NCBI GenBank assembly: GCA_040954595.2
Contig: CM082593.2
Coordinates: forward strand, 4,171,434 to 4,235,433
Origin: Balanoglossus misakiensis
Lineage: Eukaryota > Animalia > Hemichordata
Reading direction: 5' to 3'
Length of the DNA stretch: 64,000 nucleotides
The position numbers were made by a program, and so were the translations under genes. Position 1 is the first letter of the stretch; the number at the start of each line of letters is the position of its first letter. Shown piece by piece: positions 61,479 through 64,000 of this stretch. Under the pieces are notes generated by a model. It did not search any database, was not told the DNA's origin, and saw nothing but the letters and a program-made list of their open reading frames with translations.

Positions 61479-63984
61479 TCAAAATGGTGGCATATTATGG
61501 GGACCCTGAAATCTTACAGGTGGTGGTGGTGGAAATGGGGGGCACGAGAAGCCAGATAGGTGAGGAGGCATTTGAGGGGGAGGGGGAGGGGGGAGTAGAC
61601 CTGAAGGGGGATGATTCATCATTGGGGGGAATTGGGGATTGGGTAGAATTCCATGGGGGAACCTTTGTTGAGTCGGAGGCCTGGGCGACGAATTCGGGAT
61701 CCCGAACCCGGCCGGGTTCGGATTGTAAAAACCTGGATTATTCCGTGGGGCCCAGTCGAGACCGCTGAACGGCCCGGGGTTGGCTCCCCATACATTTGGT
61801 GGTCTTGGGTGACCTTGCCATTCACCGTGACCTTGAAAGCGTGGCCCAGGTGGTCGGTTGACTCTCCATCCTCTTCCTCTATGCCCGGCTGGAAAAAAAA
61901 TAATAATTCAAGCATGATTAAACAGACCAGTAATGAACACCATAAAAAATAATGTACTCGTAAAAACAGATAAGACCGAATCTTCAGACTTACAGGGATT
62001 AGTGAGAATGAAAGTCCCCCTTGTCATCAATTCATGCTCGTCTTTCAATATGATGCCATGGTAACACACGGCACACTCGTTACTCCTTAGGGGCTTATGA
62101 ACTGGATTCACGCATGCATTCGTTTTGTGCAAATCCGGCGCCATAACTTACATTTGTGTGAACCAACTTCTTTCAAAAGAGGCAACAGGACAATATGGGT
62201 ACGTGATAACGTACGAATACACTTAGATTTCACAGTATCATCCGATATGACTGCTGGGCAGCCGTTTCATTTTACCCGATCCATGTCTAGAATGATAACT
62301 CTGACGTTTCTGGATTTTGTTGAAATTTCATTAAGTCTAGTATACTCTGATGTGCATGTTATTTTGTGTCGCTATCCAATATGGACTTCCAAACACCCTC
62401 TTAGTGTACTCACCAATATTGTGGTGATGATGTTGAAAATGGTGCTGGTTATGTTCACGTTCGGTGTTCTCCCGACTTCCTCCACTGTTGCCCGGCTGTC
62501 CCCTGTCTCCATCTCTTCTGCAAGTAAAATATGAATCAAATATTAATTTTCCCAATTTTGAAGAATACCAAAACAGAAGTGGTACATAACGATTTTTTCT
62601 CACTGGCATATATTGTAATGAACAACTGCAAAACCAACCTCAAATTTTCAAAAAATACCAAGAATACAAATTGCAGAAACCTGACCCAATAAACAGTTTA
62701 TTGAGGTCAAAGAGAGTTTAAAAAAAAAGAACGTAAAGGCTTCTAATACTTCTAATAGCAGCCATGTGGTGGTCTTGTATGAACCTTTTGATCAAAAGTG
62801 TTCAGGTACATTAGTGAGTATTTCGTGAGATCTACAATTTCTGCAGTGCTGTATTTTTATTCTCATCCTGCAATAATTTCCTTTTATACTGAATATCAAT
62901 TGAAGTGAATGTACTACTTGATCAACCCATTACTGGTTTAATGGAGTCTAAACCACTCCGGCTGCAATTTGAGCAAATTCGCACATTTCAGCCCCCACAC
63001 ACTGCAGATTAATTCTACATTTTCTACTCTTTTCATCTGAAGTTCAGAAGAAAATTTGCCCAGACATGTACCAACAACAGACTGAGCAAATAATGCCAGT
63101 TACTCTTGCTGACATCTAAGAATAAATTCTGCACGATTTTTTCTGGCTATGCCGATCACATTCTCGCTCAAAATGTGCACAGGTGCAAAGATGTACTTTC
63201 CCTTTTGGGATTTGTAACTTGAGAAATTCGCTTATCAGATTCAGTGCCAGTCTCTAAACTGTTACCATGGACACCACTATTAATTTCACACAAGATGGTG
63301 TTCACCTGTAGCAATGTTCGTATTCATTTGCAGCTCACAAGCTACATACCTGTTCGCATTTGTCTTTCTTTTTCTCTTGTCTTTACCCTGTGATTTTTTA
63401 GACTTGGCTCTCCGTTCTGCTTCGTCGTCACTGTAATCCAGAAATTCTTCTGGTGGTTCTTCATCGTTCTTCCATGATGCATCTGAACCTTTCATTCTGT
63501 GAAAACAGAAACAGAAACAGACACTTACTCATCATCTATCCATCACCCATCCATTGTCAATACACAGACAAAATTCATCAGAGTTTGATCATTCAACCAG
63601 ATAGCAAAGACCTGTTTAACGAACCATATTTCTTGACGTGGGCACTTCTATAAAAGTACACATAGCCCTTTTGTCTTTGCACGAAACTGTTTTTTGGGAA
63701 ACAAAAGGTTGATACTAACTGAAAAAGTAGGACGGGAACATACTGTTTTCTTTCTATTTTTGTATTTAAAATTCATTGATATCATATTTAGCACTTTCAA
63801 GAATGCTCATGATGTTTACTTACTGTCTGAGCTGCGCAAGGAAAACATAAGATGTATATTCTGAACACTGATTTGCATAAAACACTTTATCTTGTAATTG
63901 TACGCCTTTGGATTTAATGTGGTTTGGAGAGTTGAATCTGACTGCATACAGAGGTGACAACACCGGTCCAAACACTTCAAAGAT
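61479..63984 (-). CDS. NAF1: H/ACA RNP assembly factor NAF1, last four coding exons (5' part outside window)
   Basis: Exons 63984-63824 (IFEVFGPVLSPLYAVRFNS...TSYVFLAQLR, Gar1/Naf1 domain), 63496-63350 (KGSDASWKNDEEPPEEFLDYSDDEAERRAK, NAF1 signature), 62517-62414, and 61888-61479 (Pro-rich tail ending MPPF*). Phases are consistent (2,2,1). Confidence 0.93.
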
Positions 63985-64000
63985 CTAAAGAAAGAAAATT

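Noticed and set aside
63497-63530. GTAAGT donor ~30 nt from the NAF1 acceptor
   Set aside because: The implied intron is too short, and the in-phase upstream exon is 63984-63824.
1-64000. tRNA, rRNA, spliceosomal snRNA or telomerase RNA genes; autonomous transposase or RT ORFs
   Set aside because: None recognised by eye; a tRNAscan-SE/Infernal/RepeatMasker run would be needed to exclude diverged copies.

Overview
AT-rich, intron-containing animal genomic DNA. Gene content and repeat style suggest a marine invertebrate deuterostome (inference). Six protein-coding genes can be read by hand from GT-AG splice sites, all on the minus strand: (1) the first two coding exons of a DOK7 orthologue (640-830; absent from the ORF track; the gene runs off the left edge); (2) a complete 10-coding-exon ZCCHC7/Air1-2 zinc-knuckle gene (8556-11917); (3) a 5-exon pectin-acetylesterase/Notum-family hydrolase with an N-terminal membrane anchor (13805-16545); (4) an adhesion GPCR with C-type lectin, GAIN/GPS and 7TM domains (19310-~29100; 5' end unresolved); (5) an unrecognised 481-aa single-coding-exon, largely disordered protein (41133-42578) with a probable distant 5'UTR exon; (6) the 3' part of NAF1 (61479-63984). 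The most striking non-genic structure is a pair of nested, related non-autonomous elements with Helentron/DINE-1-like ends (4404-8087 containing 4460-6103), each carrying a ~239-bp satellite-like array. Also present are small MITE-like and inverted repeats, microsatellites, promoter motif clusters and CTCF-like motifs. I found no tRNA, rRNA, CRISPR or prokaryotic systems.
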